From positions 56,358,001-56,422,000 of the forward strand of contig OX597816.1 of assembly GCA_951406725.2 (NCBI GenBank): a stretch of DNA of 64,000 bases. The letters are read 5' to 3'. The notes beneath the pieces are model-generated. The model was not told where the DNA came from. It saw nothing but the letters and a program-made list of their open reading frames with translations, and did not search any database. The position numbers and the translations under genes were made by a program. The DNA comes from Octopus vulgaris (taxonomy: Eukaryota). Position 1 is the first letter of the stretch, and each line of letters opens with the position of its first letter. This document shows, one piece after another, positions 1-14,030 of this stretch.

Positions 1-117
1 AATAATGAAGGTAGAAATTGATATTAATCAAATAAAAGCAGTAGCTTAGCATATTTAAAAAATCCGAAGATTAAAAATTATATTACATACAAAATTAAGA
101 GGTGGTCATTCCTTTTA
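1..117 (-). mobile_element. End fragment of the HHR-bearing Penelope/retrozyme-like repeat family also found at 29783-30333
   Basis: 1-102 aligns by eye to 30230-30333 (ggtagaaattgatattaatca...aatccgaaga...tacatacaaaatt(a/t)agagg); it is followed by a short inversion (ccttttaattttgta). Confidence 0.7.
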
Positions 118-145
118 ATTTTGTACATGTGTGTGTGTGTGTGTA

Positions 146-340
146 GGTTGTAAATATGTGGAAAACCTTCGTTTCACATAGTTTAATATCTTTTTATTAA
201 GAAAATGTTTTAAATATATATATACACATTTTATGGATATCGTGATATAAAACAACTTTCTTTATAAAAGATACTAAACTATGTGAAACGAATGCATTTT
301 TTTCTTCCACTTTTATATATGTTTTCCATATATTTCCAAC
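146..340. repeat. Imperfect fold-back (inverted) repeat
   Basis: ttcgtttcacatagtttaatatctttt (168-194) pairs with aaaagatactaaactatgtgaaacgaa (266-292); outer arms aaatatgtggaaaac / gttttccatatattt. Confidence 0.75.
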
Positions 341-769
341 TCATAATTTTGCCACGTGGTATTTACTGAATCTCCAGTGTTTTTGCTCTCTTTACATATA
401 TATACATTTATATATATTATGGAGATTTACTTGCATAGCAAGTGACCTAATCTGAGATCGTTAGCCAAAGGTAAAACAATTGCAGCGTGGAAGGTGTTTA
501 TAAGCCATTTAAATATCACACAAAACCTTTAGATTCACTTCAAAATTTAAATTTAATTTGTCAAAATATCTTCATTGCTTTGAAGCAACGACCTGTTCAC
601 TGACGAAATTCCGTTGTTTATATATATATAAATATAAGTTCAGCAAAATTTAGATTCAGATGAATATGGTACTTAAGTTAAAGGCACCAGAATTTTGTAT
701 GGCATTATCCATATAAATCAAATGGGAGTGATTATAATCAAAATAAGCAACAAGGATATCCAAGGTAGA

Positions 770-855
770 GTAATACAATTGTTTCATGCTACTTCATTTT
801 ATTAAACACTGTAAGTATTACATCAGTTTTAAAATGTCGAGCAATCTTCAGCTAC
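770..855 (-). ncRNA. Type I hammerhead ribozyme motif, intact core, long stem II
   Basis: Minus strand reads gtag-CTGAAGA-t-tgct...catttta...taaaatg...agca-t-GAAA-caattg-TA-ttac. Stem III is palindromic (ACAATTGT) and the cleavage triplet is GUA. Confidence 0.75.
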
Positions 856-1120
856 TTATAGAATTTTCTAATTGAAGTACAAACGACATTTGTACTACTC
901 CTTCCTATATCTATAAATAGAAAAAAATTCTTGTTTGTCTCCATTCAACCAAGAATAAAACCTCCTCTCCACTGACAGATCTAAATAACAAAGTGAACTC
1001 AATGATAAAATCTACAGACGGAAAGTGAACATACTACTATCATGTTCTTAAGAATGAAATCAGCCTCTCTGAAATAGGGATAAGAATGTGCGTTGTCCGT
1101 TTAATTGGAAATTTCTATAT

Positions 1121-1205
1121 GTGGCTGAAATTGCTCGACATTTTAAAACTGATGTAATACTTGCAGTGTTTATTAAAATGAAGTAGCATGAAACAGTTGT
1201 ACTAG
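1121..1205 (+). ncRNA. Hammerhead motif, degenerate inverted copy (core G lost)
   Basis: gtgg-CTGAAA-ttgct...agcat-GAAA-cagttg-TA-cta; inverted copy of 770-855. Confidence 0.55.
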
Positions 1206-1539
1206 TTTACCTTGGATATACTTGTTGCTTATTTTGATTATATATATATACAGAGTACATATATTCTGGCATACTCCTCTGTATGTGTTTGTGTGTGTGT
1301 GTGTGTGAGTGTTCATAATATTTGTACCCAGAATCGTGTGCAGAAAGGAAAGCTCATATGTATTCCGGTGTAAAAGGGTGGAAAATACATTGTGCTGCTT
1401 AAGATTGCTATATGTTGAAGTGATGGTTTCCATCTAGCATATCATGCTATGGGGATTAAGGGCTTTGCCTTTCGTCACGGCACAATAGCGTGCCACGAAA
1501 TGTAGCTAGGTGCACTGCAGAAATATTCGCAGAATTATT

Positions 1540-1960
1540 GGCTTCAAATTTTGAGAGGAGAGTTTAAGTCGATTACACTGTACTCAGTGCTCAACTGGCA
1601 TCGACCCCGAAAGGATGAAAGGCAAAGTTAACCTCGACAGCATTTGAACTCAGAACATAAAGCCGGACGGAATGCCGCTAAGCATTTAGCTCTGCGTGTT
1701 ACCGATTCTGCCAACTCGTTGCCTTGCGTTATTAGCTTCAATTTTTGGCACAAGGCCAGCAACGCCGGGGGATGAGGCAGACGATTACATCACCCCCACC
1801 CCCAGTATTCTTCTGGTACTTATATTTTAGCGATCTCGAAATGATGAAACGCAAAGTCGACGTCGGTGACGTTTGAATTCAGAACGTACAGACGGACGAA
1901 ATACTGCTTAGCATTTCGTTCGGGGCACTAACACAGTTCTACCAGTTTCGCCGTTTTACA
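1540..1960 (-). mobile_element. Two diverged tRNA-derived SINE copies (family B)
   Basis: Diagnostic core tcgaccccgaaaggatgaaaggcaaagt...tttgaactcagaac, shared with many copies in the window. Confidence 0.8.
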
Positions 1961-2340
1961 TTACACAAATATAAAATTATATCTTTAGAAATCTGATAAA
2001 CGCAAAAGGGAATTATAATGTCTCGATAATAATGTTTCATTTATTTGATAATAAGGTAATTAAGAATTTTCTGTAATTAAAAGAAAACGGAAATATTATG
2101 TAGCAGGTTGTGATAATTGTATTATATATATTCGAATAAAGAAGAGCGTGTTTAACTACCCGATTATATATATTCTTCTATTCTTGTATATGCTTCAGCC
2201 AACAGGCCGTGGCCATGCTGGAGCAGCACTAGTGTAATCACGTTTTCAGTGGCTATTCTTATACAATTGGCTTTTGGTGAAGGAGGGAGATCGACACAGC
2301 TGTTCCCTTCTTAAGTTTCTTGACGTGATGTATAAATGTG

Positions 2341-2382
<42 letters not shown>

Positions 2383-2398
2383 TGTGTACACATGTACG

Positions 2399-2449
<51 letters not shown>

Positions 2450-2454
<5 letters not shown>

Positions 2455-2836
2455 GTAAGTAGCGTGTTTACCAACCACATGGTTCCGGGTTCAGTCCCAC
2501 TGCGTGGCACCTTGGGCAAATGTCTTCTACTATAGCCTCGGGCCGACCAAAGCCTTGTGAGTGGATTTGGTAGACGGAAACTGAAAGAAGCCCGTCGTAT
2601 ATTATGCATATATTTGTATGTGCGTGTATATTTATGTGTTTGTGTTTGTCCCCCTAGCATTGCTTGACAACCGATGCTGGTGTGCTTATGTCCCCGTTAC
2701 TTAGCGGTTTGGCAAAAGAGACCGATAGAATAAGTACTGGGCTTACAAAGAATAAGTCCCGGTGTCGAGTTGCTCGATTAAAGGCGGTGCACCAGCATGG
2801 CCGCAGTCAAAATGACTGAAACAAGAGAAAAGAGAA
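2450..2836 (+). mobile_element. tRNA-derived SINE family A with internal TA/TG microsatellite
   Basis: A-box-like gtgtggtaagtagc, B-box-like ggttcagtccc; conserved 3' half ending cagcatggccgcagtcaaaatgactgaaacaag. Confidence 0.9.
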
Positions 2837-2899
2837 TATCGATGATAACGGACTCGCTCATGTCGAAGACGACGTATGAGCGTTCAGCTTTTTGCCGAA

Positions 2900-3135
2900 C
2901 GACCTCCACAAATGATATGTTTATAGTGATCAGGTGTAGGTGCCCTCCACTAGCTCGCTCTCTTCATCGAATCGACATTAACTGAACAGCTTCAAAGTGT
3001 ACTGCGCGTCAGGTGTCGAAGTGATCGGAGAGCAGCGTGAGAGGAAGTGTTTTGCTAAAGAACACAATGCTCTACCCGGTCTGGGAATTGAAACCACGAT
3101 CGCTAGATCGTGAGTGCAACACCCCAACCGCTTGC
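2900..3135 (-). mobile_element. tRNA-derived SINE family D (diverged)
   Basis: Minus head ggttggggtgttgcactcacgatc...ggtttcaattcccagacc; similar to 51250-51430, 34130-34275 and 37345-37620. Confidence 0.65.
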
Positions 3136-3138
3136 TCA

Positions 3139-3190
<52 letters not shown>

Positions 3191-3324
3191 GCATTTTTAT
3201 GTATATATACTCATAAATATACATATATATACATATATATGTAAATGTTTTTTGTGGGTTAACAAAGCTACTGCTGTCTTCATGCTTAGAGGAATCTCTG
3301 AACAATAATTAAGCTTGTGACATG

Positions 3325-3396
3325 GAACGCTGACATTGGTCTTTATCTTGGATAAGAATAGTACTTAAATTCGGCATGAAACCAATGGTAGCCTTC
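3325..3396 (+). ncRNA. Degenerate hammerhead motif
   Basis: gaacgc-TGACA-t-tgg...gca-t-GAAA-ccaatgg-TA-gccttc. Stem I and a near-palindromic stem III are present; the 5' core is eroded. Confidence 0.4.
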
Positions 3397-3538
3397 TTAA
3401 CCACCAATTGAAGAATATCCATGCACCAACATCGTGTTATGCACTCATTCTCACTGTGCGATACACACACACACACACACACATACACATATACGTCTAT
3501 ATATATACGTATATATATAGACATATCTATATATATAC

Positions 3539-3631
<93 letters not shown>

Positions 3632-3670
3632 CATACATACATAGATAGATAGATACATAGATAGGTAGAT

Positions 3671-4570
3671 AGATTCAGATCAATATGGTACTTAAGTTGA
3701 GGCACCAGAATATAGTACGGTATTATCCATACAATTTCAAAGTAATGTGATTAAAATCAAAATAAGCAACAAAGATATCCAGAGATAATGCAGTACGATC
3801 GTTTTATACAACTCCATTTAATTGAACAATGCAGTCATTACATCAATTTAAAATGCAGAACAATCCTCAGCTGCACCAAGACAGAATTTAGTTAAATTAG
3901 AACAGATGGACACATTAGTATAATTATACCTAAAATCTTCAAGAAGTTAAGGAAATAGACAAAGAACATGCTGTCTCCTCTCTAGCATAGAAGTTACTAA
4001 GTTGTCAAGAAGATATACATTGTTACAGACTTTGCCTGTCACTGATTTTTTTTGTTTTTATGGGGTCAGTTTTAATTTATAGACTAGTTTATCAAATCAT
4101 TTTATATCTAAGGCTGAGAGAACAGAGGGCAGTATCTGTTAGGAGTAGGGCTGAGGGAGGAAACAGACACCATAGTTGGTATAGTCATAAAAATCAAGAT
4201 TTATTAGAAGCAATATTATGAGGTTTGGTAAAGGAAAACTTAAAACAAGGTGTTAGCTGACAATTAAGCGGGTCGCCCACTAGCAGACCATTGATAATGA
4301 AACAGGGGAAGTTTTATCATGTAGTACTATAGTTAAATATTTCGAACAATGTTGCTATATTGTATACAGTTAAAGTTTAGGGTTATTCAGAGGATTATTA
4401 AGAAGAATTATAACAAAAGGATAGAAAGTTATGAATACTTTTGAGTATATACCAAACTTCTTACCACAATAGAGGGAGGATGTACACTTAAATACTAACT
4501 CATCAGAGGGTATCTGTGAATATTGATTAATTGGTATATACTGGTATCAATAAAGGAGTATTGAAGTAAA
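3671..4570 (-). mobile_element. Penelope-like fragment with HHR at 3789-3875
   Basis: 3671-3875 is homologous to 650-855. Minus strand reads tgcag-CTGAGGA-t...t-AAAA(for GAAA)-cgatcg-TA-ctgca. The right boundary is uncertain. Confidence 0.55.
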
Positions 4571-4579
4571 GGAACATGC

Positions 4580-4685
4580 TTTCACGTTTCGGGCGGAGCT
4601 CTTCGTCAGAAATATAGAAAAAGTCCAAAGAAGGGAAGACGGAGAAAGAAAATCGCCAACGATACAGACGCGGTCACATATTGAA
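4580..4685 (-). mobile_element. Partial copy of ~210-bp minimal-HHR element
   Basis: Minus strand reads ttt-CTGACGA-a-gagc-tcc-gccc-GAAA-cg-TG-aaa; flank matches 9891-10105. Confidence 0.7.
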
Positions 4686-4974
4686 TAAGCGGAAAGGAGT
4701 GGGTGAAGAAAAAGTTCTTTCTAAGACAGGAGAGTGCAAGAGAAGGAGGTGTGTGGGTATGAGCGTGCGCGCAGGTCTCTGTGTGTGTAAGGATAGCACG
4801 TGTGTGTGTGTGTGTGGTTGTGGCTGTTTATCTATAAGGTCATAGGAAGAATTTATAAGAATTTTGGTAGGAATGGCTGCCTACACACATACACACATAT
4901 ATATGTATGTATGTATGTACGTATGTATATATTTATGTGCGTGTGTGTGTGAGTGTGTTTGTTTCCTCCCACAG

Positions 4975-5160
4975 GCCATCACTTGACAACCGATACTGGT
5001 GTGCTTACGTTCACGTAATGTAGCGGTTCGGCAGAAGGTACTGGTAGAATAAGAACAAGGCTTACAAAGTGTAAGTCTTCTGGTCGATTTCTTCGACTAA
5101 AATCATTTAAGGCGGTGCTCCAGCATGGCCGCAGTGAATTGATTGCAACAAGTAAAAAAT
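4975..5160 (+). mobile_element. SINE family A, 3' half
   Basis: cttgacaaccgatactggtgtg...aggcggtgctccagcatggccgcagt. Confidence 0.85.
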
Positions 5161-5260
5161 ATAAGAATATGTATATATATGTACGTGTATATATAAATAT
5201 ATATAAGTATGTATATATATATGAATATATATATATACATATATATTTATATATACACAC

Positions 5261-5291
<31 letters not shown>

Positions 5292-5385
5292 AATATAAAT
5301 ATATATATTTATGTATATATATATGAATATATATATACATATATATTTATATATACACATATATATATATGTATATATATATGTA

Positions 5386-5462
<77 letters not shown>

Positions 5463-5774
5463 TTCCTTCGGTACATGTGTGTGAATCTGTGATGCGTGTG
5501 CGTAGATACACGCACACACACACACACATACACACATACACGCAGAAACACTCACACACATGTACACAATACAACACACGTGTGCGCATCCGTTTATTGA
5601 AATATAAGCACAAAAGCTCCAACTAAATAAGCAGGTGCCGCCTTTTTCTAAAGATTTCGCAAACAATGATTTTTTTTAGAGGCTGGTACGAAATATGTAA
5701 AATATTAGGGAACAATTGCGATTCGAAGAATTAAGGGAAGATACCTCCACAACCAACACATCGCCCTTAAACCG

Positions 5775-5813
<39 letters not shown>

Positions 5814-5973
5814 TTACTACTACTACTAGTGATATAGATATGGCTGTGTTTTCGTTCGGTGCTGTTTTGGTAAAAGCAGTTATTACAGAATAAAGAACGC
5901 TGCTATATTTTCACCGCAATTCTATATTTCTATAGCAATGCTGTTTTTCTCTCCCTTTCTCTCCCTTTCTCTC

Positions 5974-6008
<35 letters not shown>

Positions 6009-6041
6009 CTCTCTTTTACTTCTCCCTGAATTTATTCCCGG

Positions 6042-6072
<31 letters not shown>

Positions 6073-6556
6073 TCCTTCTTTCTTTCTTTCTTTCTTTCTT
6101 TCTTTTCTTTTCTTTTCTCTCTTAGCATCTCTCTACGTTATTCAGTAAACAACAAATACGCTCATAATAAACATATATAAACATGTGTGCGTAAGTATGT
6201 GTGTTTGTATGTGCGTGTGCGTGTGTGTGTGTGTGTTTCCTTGTGTATGCGTGTGTGACTGTATGCTTTGTATACGTATGCATCTATAAGCACGCGCGCG
6301 CGTGCATAAGTATCTATGAACGAATAAGACAAATCATGTATGTTTGTGTGTGTATGTGTGGGTGTGCGCGAGTCTGCGCGTGTGTTCATGCACACATGTA
6401 CGCCTATCTATTTATCCTTATCTATATATTTGTTTATGTAAATACGTATCATACACAATTATATATATACATATATATATATACATACGTACGCATATAC
6501 GCATATATATATGCATGTTTACATATATGCATATGTTTATATATATATATGCATAT

Positions 6557-6666
<110 letters not shown>

Positions 6667-7377
6667 GGATGGATGGATGGATGGATGGATGGATGTTTGT
6701 ATGTTTGTGTGTGTGTGAATTTATGTTTGTGCTCACACAATTAAATATACATAAATGCACGCATATAAGTATCTGTACCTATACACACACGCACACTCGA
6801 AAGGAAAGAAACATGGATGTAGATACGAAACCAACAGATGTTGAAATAAATACACACATGTGCAAGCCGATAGTAAACTGCTTCTATCTACACCTCTATC
6901 TATACATATATATTTATCTATCTATCTATATATCTAAATATATTTATATTATTATACATACCTGATTCGTAGATTTGTGAAGTTTTTTTCCTCTTCTTTC
7001 CTAATTTAGGCAGGTATACGTTTTAGAATTTCTGTCAATGAAGAATGGTATGGTTGATGCATGGAAGCTGGCGGCGTATGGGTTTGTTGTAGAAATGGCA
7101 ATGCTGCCCCGGTGCTACTCTGTTGACAGCAGTGGTTGTCTGGTGTGCAACAGGGAGACTGGGAAATCCTCCGCATTTCGATGTAGTTGCATGCGATCAT
7201 CGATCATTATTTGGACCAGCAGACAAGACAGGGAGACTGACAGCGAGGTGTTCTCTCGGAGATTGCCTCATTGCTCGATTGGCAGATTGGCAGATAGCTA
7301 GGAAAGAATACAGGTAGTTTGTTCGATGGTCAGTTATATAAACTGGTAAAGGAAGGAATTGTTTATATATATTTATA

Positions 7378-7409
<32 letters not shown>

Positions 7410-7411
7410 TG

Positions 7412-7457
<46 letters not shown>

Positions 7458-7514
7458 TATGTACATGTAGGGAACGATAAGGTCAATAGTGAAAAAGACA
7501 ATAAATTGGTAAAT

Positions 7515-7920
7515 ATGTAGGTATGTATGTATGTATGTAGGCAGGTGGGTAGGTAGATAGGTAGGTAGGTATGTCGGTAGGTAGGTATGTAGGTAGGTAG
7601 GTAGTAGGTAGGTAGTTAGGTAGGCTGGTAGGTAGGTAGGTAGGTAGGTAGGCAGGTAGGTATGTAGGTAGGTAGGTAGGTAGGTAGGTAGGTAGGTAGG
7701 TAGGTAGGTAGTAGGTCGGTAGTTAGGTAGGTTGGTAGGTAGGTAGGTAGGTAGGTAGTTATGTAGGTAGGTAGTTAGGTAGGTAGGTAGGTAGGTAGGT
7801 AGATAGGTAGGTAGGTAGGTAGATAGGTAGGTAGATAGGTAGGTTTGTAGGTAGGTAGGTTGGTAGGTAGGTAGATAGGTTGGTAGGTCGTTTGGTGGGT
7901 TGGTGGGTAGGTTGGTTTAT
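7515..7920. repeat. (GGTA)n tetranucleotide microsatellite
   Basis: Direct reading; a second tract lies at 9380-9480. Confidence 0.95.
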
Positions 7921-9159
7921 TGGTTGATCAGTTGCTAATTAGCTAGATAGATGGATATGCAGGTAAATAGCTAAATTGGTAAGAGGTCGGTTGGTGCATT
8001 GGTGCCTCTAGATATAGCTAGGGAGACAGTGGTGTTGGAGGTGGATATGCAGAAGGGTGGGTTAGGAAATTAGCTGTGGTGGGTAAGATAGGCTGAGGGT
8101 GGGTAACAAGCCAGGAAGATAACTAGAGTGATAAAATAGGTGCGTAATTAACCGGGGCGGGGACGATAGTAGATGTGTCGACTATTTGCTAGATACGGAG
8201 GTAGTTCTTGCGGTGGTGGGGGTGCACCGAGGTAAATAAGTAGGTATGAACTGGGGTGGTAGAGAGGTGGTTTGGTGGGTAAAGGGTCAGGAGGGAAGGT
8301 AATTAGATTACTGGGTGGGGAGGGGTAAAGAGTCAGTAAATCACTAAACAAATAGCTTTATGTATATCTTAACTCAAATATAATGCGATCAACAGTTTTT
8401 GTTTTTGTTTTAAAATAAACAATTTATTTACGTTTATCGTTTTATATTTAGCCCACCCGCGGATTTTGCACAAGTATTTATGTACATACGCACGCACCAT
8501 TGCGTAAACACACACACACAAACACACATATACACGCTCATGTACATACATATATTCTAACGACGGCAAACAAACAGGAACTTCGAGGTCACTATTGAGC
8601 TTTTTCCCTGAGAAATGTATTGAGTAAACCATTAATTAAATTTTTAAAATTAAAATTACAACATAACAAACGAACATCTATATTTATATCTGTATACATA
8701 CACACGCTCGCGCGCGCGCACTCTTTCACACACACGTACGCACGCGCGCGCAAACATTCGTGTGTGTTTCTTGTGCGTGTGTATACAGAAAAGGAAAGAG
8801 TAAGGAAGATAGAGAAAGGAGAGACAGAGAGGGTGAAATAGATACATAGATAAGTAAGGACAAAGCTAGATTGGTCGGCAGATAGACAGATATATTGGTG
8901 TGTACGTAGGTGCGTATGTATGTAAGTCTATATTTATGTATGTATGTATGTATGTATGTATGTATGTATGTATGTATGTATGTGTGTATGTATGTATGTA
9001 TGTATGTATACGTATGTATGTATACGTATGTATTTTTGTATGCATGCATATATGCATGTAGGTATATATATTTGTATGTATATATGTATGTATGTATGGA
9101 TTGATGGATGGATGGATGGATGTACGTACGTAAGTATGTCGGAAGTGACGGATCTAGTG

Positions 9160-9194
<35 letters not shown>

Positions 9195-9757
9195 GTATGT
9201 ATGTATGTATGTATGTATGTATGTATGTATGTATGTATGTATGTATGTATGTATATATGAATGTATATATGTATCTATGCATATATTTATACGTATGTAT
9301 GTATCTATGGATGCATGTATTTATGTATATATGTACATACGTATGTATGCATGTATCTATGTGTGTATGTATATATATGTAGGTAGGTAGGAGAGTAGGT
9401 AGGTAGGTAGATAGGTAAGTATAGGTAGGTAGGTAGGTAGGTAGGTAGGTAGGTAGGTAGGTAGGTAGGTAGGTAGGTAAGAACGTTGGTAGGTATGATG
9501 GTTGGGTGCGTAAAGAGGCAGGTGAAGAGGAAGATGGAATATTTAGAAATGTACTTGTGACTTTATACGTGTCAGCCGCAATCAGCTGGTTGTCAGGTTG
9601 TCAGGGATATGGTATATAATATGCATTGGGATTGTTTAAAGGTGCTACAGGTGAGTTGTTAGTCAGGTAGTTGGCATATTCTGAGATTGTGTTAAGATGA
9701 GCCACATTCAGATGGTGCTCAAGTATGTGTGTGTGTGTGTGTGTATGTGTGCGTATG

Positions 9758-10105
<348 letters not shown>

Positions 10106-10127
10106 TATATATATATATATTGGATGG

Positions 10128-10346
10128 GGGGGGGGGCTGAAAAGTTCCTGGCTTTAGGTTAAAGAAAAATACAGGAGGATCGGTTTATTATGATTTTATT
10201 CACCATATTCCTCTCTCAATTCCACACGCTTGTTGCAGTGGGCCTTCAGTTTTTTCTAAGCCGTATAAGAGAACTCGAAACGTTGGGCCTCCAGCCAGGC
10301 CTTTCGCGACACATTTAAAGCCAGGAACTCTTCAGCACTCCCCGTG
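10128..10346. mobile_element. Tc1/mariner-type MITE
   Basis: TIRs gctgaaaagttcctggcttta (10136-10156) and taaagccaggaactcttcagc (10316-10336). Confidence 0.8.
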
Positions 10347-10393
10347 TGTGTATATACATACATACATACATACATACATACATACATACAATA

Positions 10394-10798
10394 GGCGTCG
10401 GAGTGGGTGTGTGGTAAGTAGTTTGTTTACCAACCACATGGTTCCGGGTTCAGTCTCACTGCGTGGCACCTTGGGCAAGTGTCTTCTACTATAGCCTCCG
10501 GCCGACCAATGCCTTGTGAGTGGATTTGGTAGACGGAAACTGAAAGAAGCCCGTCGTATATATGTAAATATATATATATATATGCGTGTGTGTGTTTGTG
10601 TGTCTGTGTTTGTCTCCCTAGCATTGCTTGACAACCGATGCTGGTGTTTTTATGTCCCCGTTACTTAGCGGTTCGGCAAAAGAGACCGATAGAATAAGTA
10701 CTGGGCTTACAAAAGAATAAGTCCCGGGGTCGAGTTGCTCGATTAAAGGCGGTGCTCCAGCATGGCCGCAGTGAAATGACTGAAACAAGTAAAAGAGT
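10394..10798 (+). mobile_element. SINE family A, full length
   Basis: Highly similar to 2450-2836 and 55170-55579. Confidence 0.9.
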
Positions 10799-10803
10799 AT
10801 GCA

Positions 10804-10837
<34 letters not shown>

Positions 10838-11897
10838 CATACAGACATACAGACATACATACATGCATACATACATACATGCATACATACATATGTGTGT
10901 GTATGTGTGGGTGTGTGTGTGTGTGTGTGTGTGTGTGTAACCCCAAATCAATAAATATTTCTCCAAAGCACGTCTCCATAACAATCCACCCTGAAACCTA
11001 ATTCCCACTCCTCTCAGATCCACAAACCCCAGGAAGGTTTCATCTTGACTGAGACTATGTAAAGACAAGATTAACTTCAATTCATCGCACTTAGACCAAA
11101 GCCTAACAGGCTGAAACTTCGAAGTCGCTATCAATAAAATTTTTGTTTAAGTACAATAAATTTGTACTCTACTAAAGTATGGAGTAACTCTCCAGGTTAA
11201 TGTAGAACTGTTTTTATTATAACTGAACATAAAAGCAAACATTGATGTGTGTGTGTGTGTGTGTGCGTGTGTGTGTGTCTGTGTGTGTGGGGGGGTGTAT
11301 GTGTGTGTGAATAGTATACTCTCATGTAGAAATTTGAATTGTATAGATATGTATATACATACATACATACATATATATGTGTTTGTGTGTATGTGTGTGT
11401 ATGTATGTATATACACACACACATAAAGTCAGCTGGGTAGTCAGATAGCAAGGTAGATTATATATGTATGGATGTAAGGGGAAGCCATAGCCAGGTGGCA
11501 TCAGGTGGGTTATCAGGTAGTCAGGTAGGTAATGTGTCTGAATAGAGAGATGCTGTAACGATATAAAGGTGAGCTGTTAGTCAGGTGGTTGTCAGGTAGA
11601 AGCTATTTGGTGAGATGTGAGGGGGCGCCACACGCATTCAGCTTGGTAACCAGGTTGTGAGATGTGGCGAGGTGTCGGTGGTGAAGGTGAACTACAGTCA
11701 GAGAGTTGTCAGATAGGCAAAGGTGATTCTATTATGGTGAGATTAACAACAACAACAACAGCAACTGTTATAACAATGCCAACCGTAGCAACCGGCAGGG
11801 AACTTTATATTTTTGCTTAGTACAGCGTCAACCGGTGGACGTAGTGATATTTCCGCTCTCATTCACGCCTTACTTCAGACTGAGAGACTGAAAACAG

Positions 11898-11902
<5 letters not shown>

Positions 11903-11968
<66 letters not shown>

Positions 11969-13050
11969 GAGAGAGAGAGAGAAACAATCTCAGGTACAGC
12001 AGGAGAAAGAGAGAGAGAAGAGAAGAGACAGAGAGTGAGAGAGAAGGAGAAATAGAGGAAGAGAGAGAAAAGAGGGAAAGAGAGAAAGAGGGCGTGTGGT
12101 AGAGGAAGAGAGAGAGAAAAAGAGGGAGAGAGAAAAAGAAAGTGAGAGAGAAGGAGGAATAGAAGAAGAGAGAGAAAAGAGGGAAAGAGAGAAAGAGGGA
12201 GAGAGAAAGAGGAAGAGCGAGAAAGAGGGTGAGTGGGAGAGGAAGGGAGAGAGAAAAGAGGGAGAGAGAAGGGGGAATAGAAGAAGAGAGAGAAGGGAAG
12301 AGACAGAAAGTGAGAGAGAATGAGAAATAGAAGAGAGAGAAAGAGGGTGAGGAAGAGACGAAGAGAGAGAGAGAGGAGAGAGAGAAAGCGATAGGTAGGG
12401 GAGAGAAAGAAGGAGAGAGAGAAAGAGAGAGAGCGAGAAAGAAGAGAGTGAGAGAAGAGAGAAAGGTGAGAGAGAAAGGAGTGAGAGAAAATACAGGGAG
12501 ACAGATATAAAGAGAGAGAGAGAGAGAGAAGGATAAATAGAGAGAGAAAGGGAGAGAGAAAGAGAGAAAGGGAGAGAGAAAGAGAGAGAGGGAGAGTTGT
12601 GTGTATGTTGTGCAGTTGCAGCTAACTTTCGCCACGACTTTTCTATCGAACTGATGCTGTTTCGTTCATTTTTTCCTTCCGTTCTTGCACTCTTCCCTTT
12701 CACCATCTCTCTCTCTCTCTCCCTCTCTTTCCCTCCCTTCTTACCTCTCCCTCTCTTTCTCTCTTTCTCTCTTCCTCTGTTGTCTCTCTTCTCTCTTTCT
12801 TTCTTTCTTTCTCTCTCTCTCATCTCCCTCTCTCAGGTATACAATAAAATATACAACACACACCACGTGGTACAACGAGCAGACGAGAAATGCAGAGAGA
12901 AAGAGAGAGAGGGGGAGAATGAAGAAGAGAAAGCTAAGAATAAAGAGGGGGAGAGAGAGAGAGAGAGAGCAGAAGAGAGAGTGAGAGAGGGAGAGAGAGA
13001 GAGAGAAAGAAAGAGAGAGAGCAGAAGAGGGAATGAGAGAGGGAGAGAAC
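11903..13050. repeat. Polypurine/polypyrimidine (GA/CT)-rich tracts alternating strand
   Basis: GA-rich 11903-12596, CT-rich 12690-12834, GA-rich 12890-13050. Confidence 0.95.
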
Positions 13051-13124
13051 AAGCATGGCGCTATTGTGACAACAAAAGACGATATGCAGCAGTAAATAAT
13101 GGTAGAGGAAATATTTATTATAGA

Positions 13125-13609
13125 GTGGTGGTGGAGGTGGTGGTGGTGGTGGTGGTGGCGATGAAGATGATGGTGCTGGTTATGATGATGATGATGATGA
13201 TGATGATGAGGGTTCCAGTAGTTGTGGTGTCAATACAATTGATATTAATGATCAGTTTGACACGGTACAGATGTCACCTCTATGGTCCAACGATGGGGGG
13301 TGATGGGGGCTGGCGGTCCACGTCGTCGTGGCCGCCGCCGTCGTCGTCGTCATGGCGACGATGGTCGTGGTGGCGGCGGCAGCGGCGCTTGATTGACGCC
13401 TTTGTGATGATGATGATGATGATAATGACGATGATGGTGGTCATGATGATGATGATGATTGTGAAGATGATGATGGTGATGATGATGATGACGATGATGA
13501 TGATGATGATGATGGTCATGATGATTATGATGATTGTGAAGATGATGATGGTCATGATGATGATGACGATGATGATGATGATGATGATGGTCATGATGAT
13601 GATTGTGAA

Positions 13610-13643
<34 letters not shown>

Positions 13644-13748
13644 ATGAAGATGATGATGGTGATGACGATAGTGATTTTAATCATTAAAGTGATTTGTTTG
13701 GTACGACGACGACGACGACCACCACCACCACCACCATCACCACTGCTA

Positions 13749-13787
<39 letters not shown>

Positions 13788-13925
13788 CTGTTGATGTTGC
13801 TGTTGGTATCGCTGCTGCTGCTGTTGTGGTTATTGTTGTTACTACTATTTCTAGTGTGGCACTTACATATGCTGCTGAAGCTGCTGCTGTAGTGGTCGTT
13901 ACTACTATTACTACTACTACTACTA

Positions 13926-13973
<48 letters not shown>

Positions 13974-14030
13974 TTACTACAACAACAACTACTACTACCA
14001 CCACCACCTTTACTACTACTACTACTACCG
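13125..14030. repeat. Mosaic of trinucleotide repeats (GGT, GAT, GAC, CAC, GCT, TAC)
   Basis: Direct reading; explains the poly-Met/Val/Thr ORFs. Confidence 0.95.

Larger units (their letters stand above)
650..1245 (-). mobile_element. Penelope-like element fragment with inverted pseudo-LTR
   Basis: About 120-bp inverted repeat (731-855 vs 1121-1242), each arm carrying an HHR motif; flanked by (TA)n; related to 3671-3880 and 29185-29385. Confidence 0.7.

Noticed and set aside
12597-13892. 431-aa ORF and the other long ORFs at 11898-12823 and 26191-27074
   Set aside because: They are translations of GA/CT and trinucleotide repeats, with no domain-like sequence.
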